Part shown: positions 1 to 11,445 of the stretch, one piece after another
How the letters are laid out: every line of letters starts with the position of its first letter
How positions within the stretch are numbered: position 1 is the first letter of the stretch
NCBI GenBank assembly: GCA_049334165.1
Contig: JBEGHD010000004.1
Direction: 5' to 3' (one strand)
Length of the DNA stretch: 64,000 nucleotides
From: Flavobacteriales bacterium DA487
GTDB taxonomy: Bacteria; Bacteroidota; Bacteroidia; Flavobacteriales_D; Sanyastnellaceae
The notes under the pieces: generated by a model
The model's database searches: none
What the model was told of the DNA's origin: nothing
The model's input: the letters and a program-made list of their open reading frames with translations, nothing else
Program-made: the position numbers and the translations under genes

Positions 1-4
1 AATT

Positions 5-559
5 ATGAGCAACAACGGAGATAAGAACTTGGAAAAAGCTACTCTCGGAGCAGGGTGCTTTTGGTGTGTAGAAGCTGTTTTTCAACGACTCGAAGGGGTG
101 GAGAAAGTCCTTTCTGGATACAGTGGAGGTCATGTGAAAAATCCGGCCTACCGGGAGGTTTGTACCGGAAGAACTGGCCACGCTGAGGTCGTGCAGGTTC
201 ACTTTGATCCTTCAGTAATTTCCTTCGCTGAAATTCTCGAAGTGTTTTTTGCAACTCACGACCCCACAACTCTAAACCGTCAGGGAGGAGATGTTGGCAC
301 GCAATACAGGTCCGCAATTTTTTACCACTCGGATGAGCAAAAGGAAATTGCTGAAAAGTCAAAGGCGGCAGCTAATGAAAGTGGTGACTGGAGCGATCCA
401 ATAGTTACGGAGATCACTGCCTTTGATACTTTCTACGAAGCAGAAGGAGGTCATCAAAATTACTTCAACGAGCATGGAGAACAGCCGTACTGCCAGATGG
501 TGATAAGGCCTAAGGTTGAGAAGTTCAAGGAAAAGTTCAGAGCAAAGTTGGCAAATTAA
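5..559 (+). CDS. msrA: peptide methionine sulfoxide reductase MsrA
   Basis: 184 aa. GCFWC active-site motif near the N-terminus and typical MsrA length and composition. Confidence 0.9.
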   Translation: MSNNGDKNLEKATLGAGCFWCVEAVFQRLEGVEKVLSGYSGGHVKNPAYREVCTGRTGHAEVVQVHFDPSVISFAEILEVFFATHDPTTLNRQGGDVGTQYRSAIFYHSDEQKEIAEKSKAAANESGDWSDPIVTEITAFDTFYEAEGGHQNYFNEHGEQPYCQMVIRPKVEKFKEKFRAKLAN

Positions 560-2976
560 TTATCGCCTTCATAGCCGTCCGGGCCGCCTTCCTGAGGTCC
601 TCTCATTTTCTTTTGATTCAATCGGTAAGTGAATGTGAGGATGAATTGACGAGCTCTCCACTGGAACTCTGATTCCTCGTAGAATGTAGGCTGGTCCAAC
701 ACCTGTCTCCACCTTCTGGAGTTCAGCACGTCCCTCACATTGAACGCAAGTGTTCCTTTTCCATCAAGCACATCGCGCGCTATAGACAAATCAATGGAGT
801 AGAGGGCTTTCACTCGTCCCTGAGTGGTTTCTCTTGGAGCACGATACCTCGCAGAGATCTGAGCATCTGTCTTGGTGTCGATGCTAAACTTGTTGTTCAT
901 TCTCGCATACCACGTGTAAGTGTCAGCATTGTAAGATTGTCCGTTGTATTCCCCAACGGTGATGGCTCTGTAAAAGTTGAAATCGGAATTCACGCTGTAC
1001 CATTCCACGGGTTGGTAGGAGAAGTTAAATTCGAGTCCATAGGCGTCTTGCACAGAAAGATTCACCGGGAATCGTGTGTTGTTTCCGTTTTCTGTCTGCA
1101 CGGCAATTCGCTCAATCACGCCAGTTCTGTGGCGGTAATAAACGCTCGAAAGAAAAGATCCTTTTTCACCGAAATACAAATATCCCGCTTCGTAAGAATC
1201 GGTGAATTCAGGGTTTAGATCGGGATTTCCCCGATAAAAATCTCTGTCATCGCTGAAGTTGGAGAATGGGAGCAACGATCGAAAACGAGGACGACTCAGC
1301 CTACGGCTGTAAGTGAGTTGCATGGTGTGTTGTTCATTGAACTCATAGCCCAGGTGAATGCTGGGGAAAAAGTTGATGTAATCGCGGTCGTTTTCCTCGG
1401 CAGACTTGATTAGTTCTGTTCCAATTACCGAATACTCTGACCGCACACCGAACTGGTAATTGAATTTGTTCAGGGCATTTCCGTACATCATGTATCCCGC
1501 ATAGATGGTCTCATCGTAGCGAAAATTATTATCCAACGTGTCCACAGTCATCCATTCACCACCTTGCTCCCGGATTCTCACACTGTAGTCGTTTTCAATA
1601 ATCCTATTGCTAATCCTCATACCGGTTTCAAACTTTCCTTCTTCACCAATCGGACGAATGTAGTCGGACTGAAACAGAAAGTTCTGCTCGTTTTCAGTGT
1701 TGTAAGCATCCTGCTCCAGAGGTGGCACGTTGGCATCGTCTGAGGTTTCTGTGAGATCGGAATCTTCTGTGTCCTCTTCGTTGTAAAAGTTGATGATCGT
1801 TTCCCAGGTGTGATCGTCATCACCATCGAACTTCTTCTTGTGGTTGAAAGCAGCTTCAACCGTATTTTCGATCTCAATTTCTTCCTGATCGCGGGCTTCT
1901 TCTCCAAGAAAGTTTCCGTCAATATCGAAATCACGATACGTATTGACCTCGGTGTTCAGCCCGTTTTCATGCTGATACAATCCCGAGATCGTGATAGAAT
2001 TGTCGTTTTTAAGATAGAAATCGGCACCTGCTCTAAAGTTGTGTGAAATACCTCCACGAGAACGTTCTTCTTCGCTTCTGAAAATATAGGCGGTGTCTGG
2101 TGCATTCACTTCTCTGAAGCGATTTCCACCTCCGGGAAGGTCGCGGTAGCGAATGCCGTACTGAGCAAACCAGTTTATCTTTTCTCTTCGGAAATTCAGG
2201 TTGAAGCTGGCGCCAAAATTCTCTGGATAGCCAGCCGTTCCCGTGAAGGTACCATTCAAGCCTTTTCGTTCATCTTTTTTTAGAATGATGTTGATGATCC
2301 CGACTTCGCCCTCTGCCTGATAGCGCGCTGATGGGTTGGTAATGACTTCAACTCTTTCGATCAAATCTCCAGGAATCTGACGCAGGGCTTCTGCCGGATC
2401 TGATCCGACCATTCCCGAAGGCTTACCATCGATCAGGATTTGCACATTGTTGCTCCCTCGTAAACTAATGTTTCCTTCGACATCAACCGTTACCGAAGGC
2501 ACGTTGTCGAGAACCTCGGATGCGCTTCCGCCCTGATTACTTAAATCTTGACCAACTGTAAAAACGCGCTTGTCGAGCTTGAGTTCCATTTGGCTACGCT
2601 CGGTTTCAACAACAGCTTCTTCAAGTGCGACCGAGCCGGGAGTGAGTTTTATCTCACCTAGATCACGATCGCCAGAGTTTAAATTTATGTCTGAAATAGT
2701 CTTCTTCTGGTAAGACAAAAAAGATATCTGCAAGTAATAAACTGCAGGTTGCGCTTGAACCTTGAATTCACCGTTCACATCTGTAGCTGCTCCCTGAACG
2801 AGTGTAGAATCCGACTGTGAATAAAGGGCAACGGTAGCGTAGGGGATGGGTGCTCCATTTTCGTCTTTCACCTTACCCTCAACAGTTGGGTTGGATTGTG
2901 CCAGAGCAATGTTGGCAGTTACCAAAAGAAAAAATAAAGTGATGAGGGAAACAACTTTCTTCACGAGATCTAACAT
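556..2976 (-). CDS. TonB-dependent outer-membrane receptor family protein with N-terminal carboxypeptidase-regulatory-like domain
   Basis: 806 aa with a signal peptide. [21 protein letters not shown] is a CarbopepD_reg-like segment, followed by a long beta-barrel-like C-terminal region ending in an aromatic residue. Confidence 0.7.
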   Translation of the reverse strand: MLDLVKKVVSLITLFFLLVTANIALAQSNPTVEGKVKDENGAPIPYATVALYSQSDSTLVQGAATDVNGEFKVQAQPAVYYLQISFLSYQKKTISDINLNSGDRDLGEIKLTPGSVALEEAVVETERSQMELKLDKRVFTVGQDLSNQGGSASEVLDNVPSVTVDVEGNISLRGSNNVQILIDGKPSGMVGSDPAEALRQIPGDLIERVEVITNPSARYQAEGEVGIINIILKKDERKGLNGTFTGTAGYPENFGASFNLNFRREKINWFAQYGIRYRDLPGGGNRFREVNAPDTAYIFRSEEERSRGGISHNFRAGADFYLKNDNSITISGLYQHENGLNTEVNTYRDFDIDGNFLGEEARDQEEIEIENTVEAAFNHKKKFDGDDDHTWETIINFYNEEDTEDSDLTETSDDANVPPLEQDAYNTENEQNFLFQSDYIRPIGEEGKFETGMRISNRIIENDYSVRIREQGGEWMTVDTLDNNFRYDETIYAGYMMYGNALNKFNYQFGVRSEYSVIGTELIKSAEENDRDYINFFPSIHLGYEFNEQHTMQLTYSRRLSRPRFRSLLPFSNFSDDRDFYRGNPDLNPEFTDSYEAGYLYFGEKGSFLSSVYYRHRTGVIERIAVQTENGNNTRFPVNLSVQDAYGLEFNFSYQPVEWYSVNSDFNFYRAITVGEYNGQSYNADTYTWYARMNNKFSIDTKTDAQISARYRAPRETTQGRVKALYSIDLSIARDVLDGKGTLAFNVRDVLNSRRWRQVLDQPTFYEESEFQWRARQFILTFTYRLNQKKMRGPQEGGPDGYEGDN

Positions 2977-3173
2977 TAGGTTATTGGCCTGTAGAAATCA
3001 AATTTTCGATTTACAAGGCTACAAAGAAACTAAAGATCTGTCGATATGTTCTAGGTGATCTACCGAAAACCCCGGTGAAGGCGCAGGTATTTGACAAAAT
3101 TTAAGATCAACAAAAAAAAGCCTCCAGCTCGATGAGCATGAAGGCTTTTGAAAAATGGTCTTCTTATGATTTT

Positions 3174-3692
3174 TTAAAAAACGACTTTAACTCCCAATCC
3201 GGGATCGACCCAAAAGTAGGCTCCACCGGCAGTGTTAACCTCCAAAAATGGAATGGCGTCTACACTCACTGCGAGATCGAAAGGGAGTTCTGTCTGGATC
3301 AAATACTCCAGACCTAAAATGGCATCTACTCCCAATCCAATACCAGTGTCATCAAATGCTGCATCGCCATACCAACGTGGATATCGTCCATTGTTCAGAG
3401 TGTTGTAAAACGCAGCGTGACCTCCAAGGCCGTAGTACCAATAAAGGTTTTGCACATCAAATGCATTTTGGTAGTGCTCCCAAAGGACAGTCACATTGAG
3501 ACTGTTAGGGTAAAAACCGACAATTCCTTCAATTGCTCCTGGACCTTTACCCATTCCTTTTATGGTAAGGCCACCTCGTGCGCCACCTCTAATTCCTAAT
3601 GCTGTTCCGTTGTACTGAGCTTGAGCTGCGTCAGCTCCAACGAGCATAAAAAATAGAATTCCGATAAAGTAAACTGATAATTGACTCTTCAT
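3174..3692 (-). CDS. small outer-membrane beta-barrel protein (hypothetical)
   Basis: Signal peptide MKSQLSVYFIGILFFMLVGADAAQA, then a Gly/aromatic-rich sequence ending in F. Start chosen at the internal ATG (3692) rather than the upstream extension. Confidence 0.45.
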   Translation of the reverse strand: MKSQLSVYFIGILFFMLVGADAAQAQYNGTALGIRGGARGGLTIKGMGKGPGAIEGIVGFYPNSLNVTVLWEHYQNAFDVQNLYWYYGLGGHAAFYNTLNNGRYPRWYGDAAFDDTGIGLGVDAILGLEYLIQTELPFDLAVSVDAIPFLEVNTAGGAYFWVDPGLGVKVVF

Positions 3693-3969
3693 TCTTGACT
3701 GTGTTTTTCTATTCACAATCAATTCGCGTTCCTCATCACCGTGATTTTTTTATTCCGCTGAAATTCTTTGTAGTACGCCAAAACCAAAAAGTTTCGACTT
3801 CTGGAATTGAGGCTCTGTGTAGATCAAAGTCTACAATCGAATTGAGGATTATCCATTTAATCCACAACAAAGTGATATTCGAAAAAAGTCGGATTGAAAA
3901 AATCCAGTCGGAGATTTAGTTCGTAAGTCTGGGCAAGTTGAATTTTAAAAACCCCAAAAAACAAGAATT

Positions 3970-4809
3970 ATGAAATCAATGCAGTTTATGAAGAATTTTA
4001 AATTATTTAGTCTAATCGCTTTTGCCTCACTACTCGTTTTAGGTCTCTCATCTTGCGAAAAAGATGACGAAGATGACATGGAGGAGGAGATGATGGAAGA
4101 AAGCGATGATCCAACAGGTAGTTTCGAAGCAATGGACCAGCGTCTTTCACAAAACATGGTGGTTGTTGAATCAATCACTATGAGTGAAGACGGTTGGGTG
4201 GTGATCCACGCAGACAATGGCAACGGTGGACCAGTAGTTCCCGGAATCATTTCTACTCCTAAGTTTGTGGAAGCAGGTACTTCTACAGATGTGAAAGTTG
4301 CTCTCGAGCAAACAGCTGAATTCGAAAGCGGTGATGACATCTGGATTATGCTTCACACCGACACTGGTGTAGAAGGAGTTTATGAATTTGATGGAAACAG
4401 CGGTGAAGACGGACCAATCCTCGATTCTGATGGAAACGTTGTGACTTCACCTATCACAATCATGTCTACTTCTATCGAAGTTCAAAATCAGCCTGTAATG
4501 AACAACACAATCACAATCGACCAGGTGAATGCAGCCGTAGACGGTTGGATTGTAGTCCACAATGAAATGGGAGGAGAAATTGAACTTCCAGGCATCGTTG
4601 GTAAAACAGCCGTGCAAGCAGGTATGAATAACGATGTGGTAATTGAACTCGATGACGAAGTTACTTACAACACTGGCCAGAGCTTATTCCCTATGCTTCA
4701 CATCGATGAAGGTCCGCTGGGAGAATATAACTTCCCGGGAGTAGACGTTCCTGAAGTGTTTGGATTCAGTGAATCGAATATAATTGTTACAGAAATTACT
4801 GTTCAGTAA
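3970..4809 (+). CDS. lipoprotein with acidic linker and two tandem ~130-aa internal repeats (hypothetical)
   Basis: Lipobox LSSC, Asp/Glu-rich stretch, then a repeated module (DGWVVIHADNGNGGPVVPGII / DGWIVVHNEMGGEIELPGIV). Confidence 0.55.
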   Translation: MKSMQFMKNFKLFSLIAFASLLVLGLSSCEKDDEDDMEEEMMEESDDPTGSFEAMDQRLSQNMVVVESITMSEDGWVVIHADNGNGGPVVPGIISTPKFVEAGTSTDVKVALEQTAEFESGDDIWIMLHTDTGVEGVYEFDGNSGEDGPILDSDGNVVTSPITIMSTSIEVQNQPVMNNTITIDQVNAAVDGWIVVHNEMGGEIELPGIVGKTAVQAGMNNDVVIELDDEVTYNTGQSLFPMLHIDEGPLGEYNFPGVDVPEVFGFSESNIIVTEITVQ

Positions 4810-4846
4810 TTAAGGTTAGAGTAAAATCAAAGTAGAGGCACTTTGT

Positions 4847-4879
4847 CCGGCATCTTGTTAAAAGGTGCCGGTTTTTTTG
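4847..4879 (+). terminator. rho-independent terminator after lipoprotein gene
   Basis: CCGGCA...TGCCGG stem followed by a T7 tract. Confidence 0.5.
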
Positions 4880-5053
4880 TGTTAAATCGTTTACAGAAAA
4901 CTGTACGATTCTCCACAATCCTCCAGAGTAAGCACTCTTGAAAATCGACTCAAATGACTGCTGGTCCTGAGTTCAAGTCGGTCTCGATTCTGCTGGCACG
5001 CATTTCTCACTTCATCGAGACAACAAGTTGAACCCTAAAAACTATTTTAAAAA

Positions 5054-5620
5054 ATGAGTTACGATTTAAGCGGAAAGAAAATAGCCATTTTGGCGACAGA
5101 CGGATTTGAACAGGTCGAATTCACAACCCCAAAACAGAAATTGGAAGAAGCAGGTGCCGAAGTTCACGTGATTTCCGAAGAGTCTGGAGAGATCAAAGGA
5201 TGGGACAGCACCAATTGGGGCGATTCCTTCAAAGTGGACAAGACGGTAGACAGCGTAGTGGCCTCTGACTACAACGGACTGATGCTGCCTGGAGGAGTAA
5301 TCAATCCAGACAAGCTTCGCAGAAATGAGAAAGCAGTAGAATTCACTAAATCATTTTTTGAAGACGGTAAACCAATCGCTGCTATTTGCCATGCGCCACA
5401 GCTCTTGATAGAGACTGACGCGCTCAATGGCAGAGAAATGACATCTTTTCCATCTATCAAGACCGACCTGAAAAATGCAGGCGCTCGCTGGGTAGACAAA
5501 GAAGTTGTGGTGGATGAAGGATTGACCACAAGTCGCTCACCAGAAGACATGGAAGCATTTTGCAATAAAATGCTTGAGGAGTTTGCTGAAGGAGTGCACG
5601 AAGAGCAGAAAACTGTCTAA
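5054..5620 (+). CDS. DJ-1/PfpI family (type 1 glutamine amidotransferase-like) protein
   Basis: 188 aa. IAAICHAPQLL nucleophile-elbow cysteine motif and PfpI-like layout. Confidence 0.8.
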   Translation: MSYDLSGKKIAILATDGFEQVEFTTPKQKLEEAGAEVHVISEESGEIKGWDSTNWGDSFKVDKTVDSVVASDYNGLMLPGGVINPDKLRRNEKAVEFTKSFFEDGKPIAAICHAPQLLIETDALNGREMTSFPSIKTDLKNAGARWVDKEVVVDEGLTTSRSPEDMEAFCNKMLEEFAEGVHEEQKTV

Positions 5621-5719
5621 GACACACACCCTCCTCAATTATTCGAGGACTTTTGTATAGCAAAAAGGTCTGGAGTACAGCTTTAGTTTGGTTGAGCTGG
5701 CTCTGGGCCTTTTTCATTT

Positions 5720-6445
5720 TTAAGCAGCTGAAGGTTTAATTTCCCGGATTAAAATTCTTTTGGCTACGGGAAGTACAGTTTCGTTAAGCGGAAACTTCAG
5801 AGCAGAGCGAAAAACGTAGGTTGCCGGATTTGGGAGTTCAGTGAATTTCTTCGTCAGTTCCATTTTCACTTGTGACAGCGTTCGGGCAATACTTTTCTTC
5901 TCTTTTTGAATCAACATAGTTTTCAAAGAGCGGTAAGTTTCCTCAGTCGCTTCTATGAGTGACAGCTGGTAGCGGTAAATGAATATTTCACTGTTCTTTT
6001 CTTCCTCGAGAAAGAAATAACCTTCATTCCTGTACATCGGTAACAAGCCGACAGTATCCAACTCCACATTCTCTTCTACAAATTGATAAATGTCTCTTCC
6101 TTCGTCAATCATTGAGCGTAGCCTGGGAATGCTAAACTCCATGAGGTCCCTCACGATTTTTAGAGATTCATCATCCTCCACCAGCTCCTTGTAGTGCATC
6201 TTCAAATCCTTGAGGTCGATTTCACTGAGCGACTTCGGGAAAAGGGATGCCAGCTTATCCTGGTTTTGCTTGAGTTCCATAAGATGATTGTAGTGACTCA
6301 CAAGTTCAGCCAAAGGCGGGTAGAGTCTGGCCTGATCGAAGTGTTCTTTCACGTACTGCAGATAAGCCAAAAGTAAATACTGCTTGTACTCAAAGTCGTG
6401 AACTCCAGAAGTGAGCCAGTCGGGTTGAAGAGATTTAATAGCCAT
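5720..6445 (-). CDS. hypothetical protein
   Basis: 241-aa ORF with coding-like composition and no recognisable motif. Confidence 0.45.
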   Translation of the reverse strand: MAIKSLQPDWLTSGVHDFEYKQYLLLAYLQYVKEHFDQARLYPPLAELVSHYNHLMELKQNQDKLASLFPKSLSEIDLKDLKMHYKELVEDDESLKIVRDLMEFSIPRLRSMIDEGRDIYQFVEENVELDTVGLLPMYRNEGYFFLEEEKNSEIFIYRYQLSLIEATEETYRSLKTMLIQKEKKSIARTLSQVKMELTKKFTELPNPATYVFRSALKFPLNETVLPVAKRILIREIKPSAA

Positions 6446-6590
6446 GCTTTCAGGTGTTTATTAATTCTTTAACGAAAAACCCCAAAAAATGGTTTAGTCC
6501 GGCTGAGTGGTGTTAGTATTTTTTGGATTTCACTAAGTCACACGGCTATTCATTGACAGCTCTAAATTTTTATTTTAGCCGGCAATCAAC

Positions 6591-7142
6591 ATGGCGTTAT
6601 TACAGAGCATAAAGAAGAAAGCAGGAAGGTATTTCCTAAATCGAGGAGAGTGGAAGAGGAAGCGAAAGGGATCCAATTTCACTCAAGGTCAGAGCGTCTT
6701 GATTTTGTACCTCGATCAGGGCGAAGACTACTACAAAAAGGTAAAGCGATACGTTCAACACCTCAAAGAAGAGTACGGTATGCGCGATGTTCTGGCGCTT
6801 GGTTATGCTGACTTTGCCGAAAAGAACCTTCCACACTACCAAAAACATCAACTCGAAATCGAGTTTTTCTGCCGCAATGACCTTAACTGGTATTGCAAAC
6901 CTCAGGGAGCAGTAGATAAAATCCTAAAGAAACCGTACGATATCCTCATTGACTTGGTGTTTGAAAAATCCTTACCAATGGAGTTTGCGCTGGCTGAATC
7001 ACAAGCCGGAATGAAAGTAGGTAAGCACCACACTCCCGGAGCGAAGCACTGCGACATCGTACTCAACCTCGAAGGTCGCGACAACATCGATGAGTTTCTT
7101 CATCAAGTAGATCACTACCTTTCCAACTTTTCGTTTCAGTAA
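6591..7142 (+). CDS. hypothetical protein
   Basis: 183-aa ORF with basic N-terminus, divergent from the previous gene. Confidence 0.45.
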   Translation: MALLQSIKKKAGRYFLNRGEWKRKRKGSNFTQGQSVLILYLDQGEDYYKKVKRYVQHLKEEYGMRDVLALGYADFAEKNLPHYQKHQLEIEFFCRNDLNWYCKPQGAVDKILKKPYDILIDLVFEKSLPMEFALAESQAGMKVGKHHTPGAKHCDIVLNLEGRDNIDEFLHQVDHYLSNFSFQ

Positions 7143-7211
7143 AGTTGTGCTCAACTAAGGAGATTTTTACAACTTGCAGCATCCAAATTTTTGAATCTAA
7201 AAGATCTCGAT

Positions 7212-8102
7212 ATGAATACGTTCAAAGGCCTTGGAGTGGCCATGGTGACTCCGTTTAAAGCCAATAAGGAAATTGATTTTGAAGCGCTGAAGAGAATCAC
7301 TCAAACTTTGATTGATGGTGGAGTGGATTACCTCGTGGTGCAGGGAACAACTGGCGAAGCAGCAACGCTTAAGCCAGAAGAAAAGCGCCAGGTGCTCGAC
7401 ACGGTAATGAAGGTGAATAACGGCAAGCTACCCATCGTTTACGGTGTGGGAGGAAACAACACAGCTGCTCTCGTAGAAACGCTCAAGACCTTTGATTTCT
7501 CAGGTGTTGATGGCATTCTCAGTGCAAGTCCGAACTACAACAAACCAACTCAGGAAGGCATTTACCAGCATTATAAAATGCTGGCTGAAGCGACCGATCT
7601 TCCAATCATTCTCTACAACGTTCCAGGGCGAACAGCCAGCAACGTGAAAGCTGAAACGACTTTGAGGCTTGCGCAGAATTTTGAAAATATCGTGGGTGTG
7701 AAAGAAGCCAGTGGAGATATCGATCAGGTGATGGATATCATTCAGGGAAAACCTGCCGATTTCCTGGTGATTTCAGGTGAAGACGCACTAACGCTCCCGT
7801 TCATTGCAGCTGGAGCCGATGGAGTTATTTCCGTTGTTGGAAACGCTTTTCCAAAAGAGTACTCGGCCATGGTTCATAAATCGCTTGAAGGCGACTTCGA
7901 AACTGCGCGAAAGTACCACTACCAGTTGCTCGATGTCATCGGTCAGCTCTTTGCCGATGGAAACCCCGGAGGAGTGAAAGAGGCACTTCAGATTAAAGGC
8001 CTCTGCGAAAACCACTTGAGGTTGCCACTTGTGCCTGTTTCTTCTACAGTGAAGGATAGGCTGACAAAACTGATGAAAGAAAGAGACCTGATGGAAGTTT
8101 AG
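7212..8102 (+). CDS. dapA: 4-hydroxy-tetrahydrodipicolinate synthase
   Basis: MNTFKGLGVAMVTPF... with GTTGE motif and DapA length. ATG at 7212 preferred over the TTG at 7191 used by the ORF track. Confidence 0.9.
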   Translation: MNTFKGLGVAMVTPFKANKEIDFEALKRITQTLIDGGVDYLVVQGTTGEAATLKPEEKRQVLDTVMKVNNGKLPIVYGVGGNNTAALVETLKTFDFSGVDGILSASPNYNKPTQEGIYQHYKMLAEATDLPIILYNVPGRTASNVKAETTLRLAQNFENIVGVKEASGDIDQVMDIIQGKPADFLVISGEDALTLPFIAAGADGVISVVGNAFPKEYSAMVHKSLEGDFETARKYHYQLLDVIGQLFADGNPGGVKEALQIKGLCENHLRLPLVPVSSTVKDRLTKLMKERDLMEV

Positions 8103-8122
8103 GCAAACAACCTTTGTCTATA

Positions 8123-8192
8123 AAAGTCGGAAGTCCTGAAGAGATCCTGAAACAAGTTCAGGATGACATCTTCAGGACCTCCGACTTTTTTA
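8123..8192 (+). terminator. compound hairpin (20-bp stem with nested inner inverted repeat) plus T-tract. Likely dapA terminator or regulatory structure.
   Basis: AAAGTCGGAAGTCCTGAAGA ... TCTTCAGGACCTCCGACTTT (19/20 complementary). The loop itself contains TCCTGAA/TTCAGGA. Followed by TTTTTTATTT. Confidence 0.5.
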
Positions 8193-8245
8193 TTTGTCTG
8201 GAATACATAATTTTACCTCCAATTAAATCACTTAATTCTTTAGCC

Positions 8246-8590
8246 ATGTACGAATACAAAGGAAAACTTCGAAGAGTGGTGGATGGAGACACCATCGATG
8301 TTGAAATCGACCTCGGATTTCGCATGAAAACTGAGCAGCGAATCCGGTTAAAAGGAATCGACACGCCAGAAATTTACCGTCAGAAAAAAGAGTCCGAGGA
8401 ATACAAAAAAGGCCAGGCTGCAAAAGAATTTGTCGAAGAGCGATTTGCCCAGAACGGAGGAGAATTTCTCATTCGCACTGACAAGCTTCCGGGAGTTTAC
8501 GGCAGATTCATCGGTGTGATCATTTTTGATGATTCAAACATCAGCCTCAATGACGAACTGCTGGATAAAGGACATGCAGGAACATATTGA
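8246..8590 (+). CDS. thermonuclease (SNase-like) family protein
   Basis: YKGKLRRVVDGDTIDVEIDLG...RIRLKGIDTPE resembles staphylococcal nuclease motifs. Start placed after the upstream hairpin. Confidence 0.7.
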   Translation: MYEYKGKLRRVVDGDTIDVEIDLGFRMKTEQRIRLKGIDTPEIYRQKKESEEYKKGQAAKEFVEERFAQNGGEFLIRTDKLPGVYGRFIGVIIFDDSNISLNDELLDKGHAGTY

Positions 8591-8610
8591 TACCGAGCTT
8601 CTCTAAAAAC

Positions 8611-8645
8611 AAAAGCCGTCTGAATTTCTCCAGACGGCTTCTTTA
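8611..8645. terminator. bidirectional terminator between convergent nuclease and typA genes
   Basis: AAGCCGTCTG / CAGACGGCTT stem flanked by A and T tracts. Confidence 0.55.
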
Positions 8646-8651
8646 TTGCTT

Positions 8652-10451
8652 TTACACTTTAGCGACTTTCTTTCGCTCATGCTCTTTGAGGTAAATCTTT
8701 CTGATACGAAGTGAGTTAGGAGTTACTTCCACATACTCATCACCCTGGATGTATTCCAAGGCTTCTTCCAGTGAAAACTCTCTCGGAGGAGCGAGCTTCA
8801 CTTTATCATCGGCTCCAGAAGATCGCATGTTAGTGAGCTTTTTCGTTTTGGTAACGTTCACTGTCATGTCTCCCTGGCGCGAGTTTTCTCCAATCACCTG
8901 ACCTTCGTAAATGTCTTCGTTAGGAGGGATGAAGAAAGTACCACGATCTTTTAGGTTGTTCAAACTGAAAGGAATCGATTTTCCGGTTTCCATGCTGATA
9001 ATAGAGCCGTTCATTCTTTCTGGAATAACACCCTTGTGAGGCTGGAATTCCTTAAATCGGTGCGACATAATCGCCTCACCGGCAGTGGCTGTAAGAAGCT
9101 GGTTTCTCAATCCGATGATTCCGCGAGATGGAATTTCGAACTGCAACTTCATGCGGTCTCCTTTAGGCACCATGCTGAGCATTTCACCTTTTCTCTGCGT
9201 CACCATTTCAATCGCCTTTCCAGAAACTTCGTCTGGAAGGTCAATGTCGAGTTCCTCAACAGGCTCGCATTTCATACCGTCAATTTCTTTGATGATTACC
9301 TGAGGCTGACCAATTTGCAGTTCGTAGCCTTCACGTCTCATCGTTTCGATCAAAACAGAGAGGTGAAGTACGCCACGGCCAAAAACAGTGAAAGTGTCGG
9401 CAGAGCTGGTTGGCTCCACACGAAGGGCCAGGTTTTTTTCAAGCTCTTTTTCTAATCTTTCTTTGAGGTGACGAGAAGTCACGAACTTTCCTTCTTTTCC
9501 GAAAAAAGGAGAATCGTTCACCGTAAAGGTCATGCTCATTGTAGGCTCATCGATTTTGATTCCGCCAAGAGCTTCAGGGTTTTCGAAGTCAGCAATGCTG
9601 TCACCGATGTCGAATCCTTCGAGTCCAACTACTGCGCAGATTTCTCCGGCTTTGATCGACTCAACTTTCTTTTTACCAAGGCCTTCAAAAATGTAAAGCT
9701 CTTTGATTTTTGATTTCACAACTCCTCCTTCGCGCTTGCAAAGAGAAACCGGTTGACCTGTCTTGAGCTCTCCACGGCTCAGTCTTCCAACGGCAATTCG
9801 GCCGATATACTGAGAGTAGTCGAGAGATGTGATCAGCATTTGCGGAGTTCCTTCAGAAACTTTTGGTTCTGGGATGTGCTCCACAATGGCATCCATCAAA
9901 GCGGAAATGTCTTCTTTTGGCTCTTTCCAATCTGTGCTCATCCAACCTTGCTTGGCAGAACCGTAGATTGTTGGGAAATCCAACTGATCTTCTGAAGCCT
10001 CGAGGTTAAACATCAGTTCGAAAACCAATTCGTGAACCTCGTCTGGTGTACAGTTTGGCTTGTCTACCTTGTTGATAACAACGATAGGCTTCAATCCAAG
10101 TTCGATTGCTTTTTGAAGTACAAAGCGCGTTTGTGGCATAGGGCCTTCGAACGCATCAACCAACAGAATCACACCGTCAGTCATGTTCAAAACCCTTTCC
10201 ACTTCACCACCAAAGTCACTGTGACCCGGGGTGTCTATGATATTGATTTTAGTGTCTTTCCAGTTCATGGAAACGTTTTTCGAGAGGATGGTGATTCCAC
10301 GCTCTTTCTCGATGTCGTTGTTGTCCATGATCAATTCTCCCGGAGCTTCGTGGTCGCTAAAAAGCTTACCGGCCAGGAGCATTTTGTCCACCAACGTTGT
10401 TTTCCCGTGGTCTACGTGGGCGATGATGGCAATATTTCGCAATTGTTGCAT
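8652..10451 (-). CDS. typA: translational GTPase TypA/BipA
   Basis: [18 protein letters not shown]1 motif, DTPGHSDF and NKVD motifs, ~600 aa. ATG at 10451 (MQQLRN) preferred over the TTG extension. Confidence 0.9.
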   Translation of the reverse strand: MQQLRNIAIIAHVDHGKTTLVDKMLLAGKLFSDHEAPGELIMDNNDIEKERGITILSKNVSMNWKDTKINIIDTPGHSDFGGEVERVLNMTDGVILLVDAFEGPMPQTRFVLQKAIELGLKPIVVINKVDKPNCTPDEVHELVFELMFNLEASEDQLDFPTIYGSAKQGWMSTDWKEPKEDISALMDAIVEHIPEPKVSEGTPQMLITSLDYSQYIGRIAVGRLSRGELKTGQPVSLCKREGGVVKSKIKELYIFEGLGKKKVESIKAGEICAVVGLEGFDIGDSIADFENPEALGGIKIDEPTMSMTFTVNDSPFFGKEGKFVTSRHLKERLEKELEKNLALRVEPTSSADTFTVFGRGVLHLSVLIETMRREGYELQIGQPQVIIKEIDGMKCEPVEELDIDLPDEVSGKAIEMVTQRKGEMLSMVPKGDRMKLQFEIPSRGIIGLRNQLLTATAGEAIMSHRFKEFQPHKGVIPERMNGSIISMETGKSIPFSLNNLKDRGTFFIPPNEDIYEGQVIGENSRQGDMTVNVTKTKKLTNMRSSGADDKVKLAPPREFSLEEALEYIQGDEYVEVTPNSLRIRKIYLKEHERKKVAKV

Positions 10452-10613
10452 GCTGTTTACTCGTTTTAAAAATGTGCGCAAAAGTACGTTATTTCTCTCG
10501 TGTGAGAATGGCTTTTAACGTTTTAATAATGCAACTACAGGAAGTTAGGTATTTGCCCTATATAGATTCAAGCTTTGATGTATCTTGGACGGGAAAGATA
10601 ATTTGCATCTGTT

Positions 10614-11321
10614 GTGATAAAACTGTTCAAACTACTTGTTCTGTGCCTTAGTCTTGTTTTGAGCAATTTGTTGGTAGCTCAATCTGATTCACTTACACTT
10701 TCAAAGGCTGATTCATCGGACACGAATTGTCTAAACTGGATAGCGCCTGTTTGGTATTTTCCTTCACGATTTGAGACAGTGCACGGTATTGCAATTGGTT
10801 TAGGGGACCTACAGAAAGACAGCTGCAATAGTACTGTGAATGGTTTGAAGGTTGAAATCCTTGGGTTGGGAGTTGGTGTAGGTTTTTTGAATTCGAATAC
10901 TATTTCAGAAGACTCTGCCACACATGCCAGTTTAATTGACAACCCTGTACGAAGGACCAAGAATCAAGTAAACGGTTTTAACATTTCACTTTTCGGAACA
11001 ATTGATGATCTACGCGTAAATGGTGTTTCATTAGGAGGATTAGCTCAATACATAGATTTTGTTCAAGGAGTGCAAATAACAGGTGTTAATAGCAGAATTT
11101 CAGGTAAAATATCTGGAGTGCAACTCTCCGGAGCATACAACAATGCAATTATTTGCCACGGAATACAAATGAGTTTACTAGGTAATAAAGCGTTTGATCT
11201 AAAAGGGATTCAAATAGGGCTTTTCAATAACTCTGAGATCACTCGCGGCTTCCAGTTTGGGCTATGGAATGTTAATGAGAAAAGATCATTACCTTTCATA
11301 AACTGGAACTTTAAAGACTAA
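10614..11321 (+). CDS. secreted repeat-containing hypothetical protein
   Basis: Signal peptide and repeated GxQxxGxN-type segments. Confidence 0.45.
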   Translation: MIKLFKLLVLCLSLVLSNLLVAQSDSLTLSKADSSDTNCLNWIAPVWYFPSRFETVHGIAIGLGDLQKDSCNSTVNGLKVEILGLGVGVGFLNSNTISEDSATHASLIDNPVRRTKNQVNGFNISLFGTIDDLRVNGVSLGGLAQYIDFVQGVQITGVNSRISGKISGVQLSGAYNNAIICHGIQMSLLGNKAFDLKGIQIGLFNNSEITRGFQFGLWNVNEKRSLPFINWNFKD

Positions 11322-11445
11322 AAAACCGCACTGACGTTTTTTTCAACACGGTTTATGAAAAGCCTGAATAAGTTGATGGGGGTAAAACCGTAGAATTATT
11401 TATACCTTTTAGTAATTCTGTTCATTAGGAATATCAATTCCTCGA

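Noticed and set aside
7191-7211. TTG-initiated N-terminal extensions in the ORF track (dapA, typA, clpC, rtcB, thermonuclease)
   Set aside because: In each case a downstream in-frame ATG matches the conserved N-terminus of the family, or the extension reads through a strong hairpin, so the shorter start was used.
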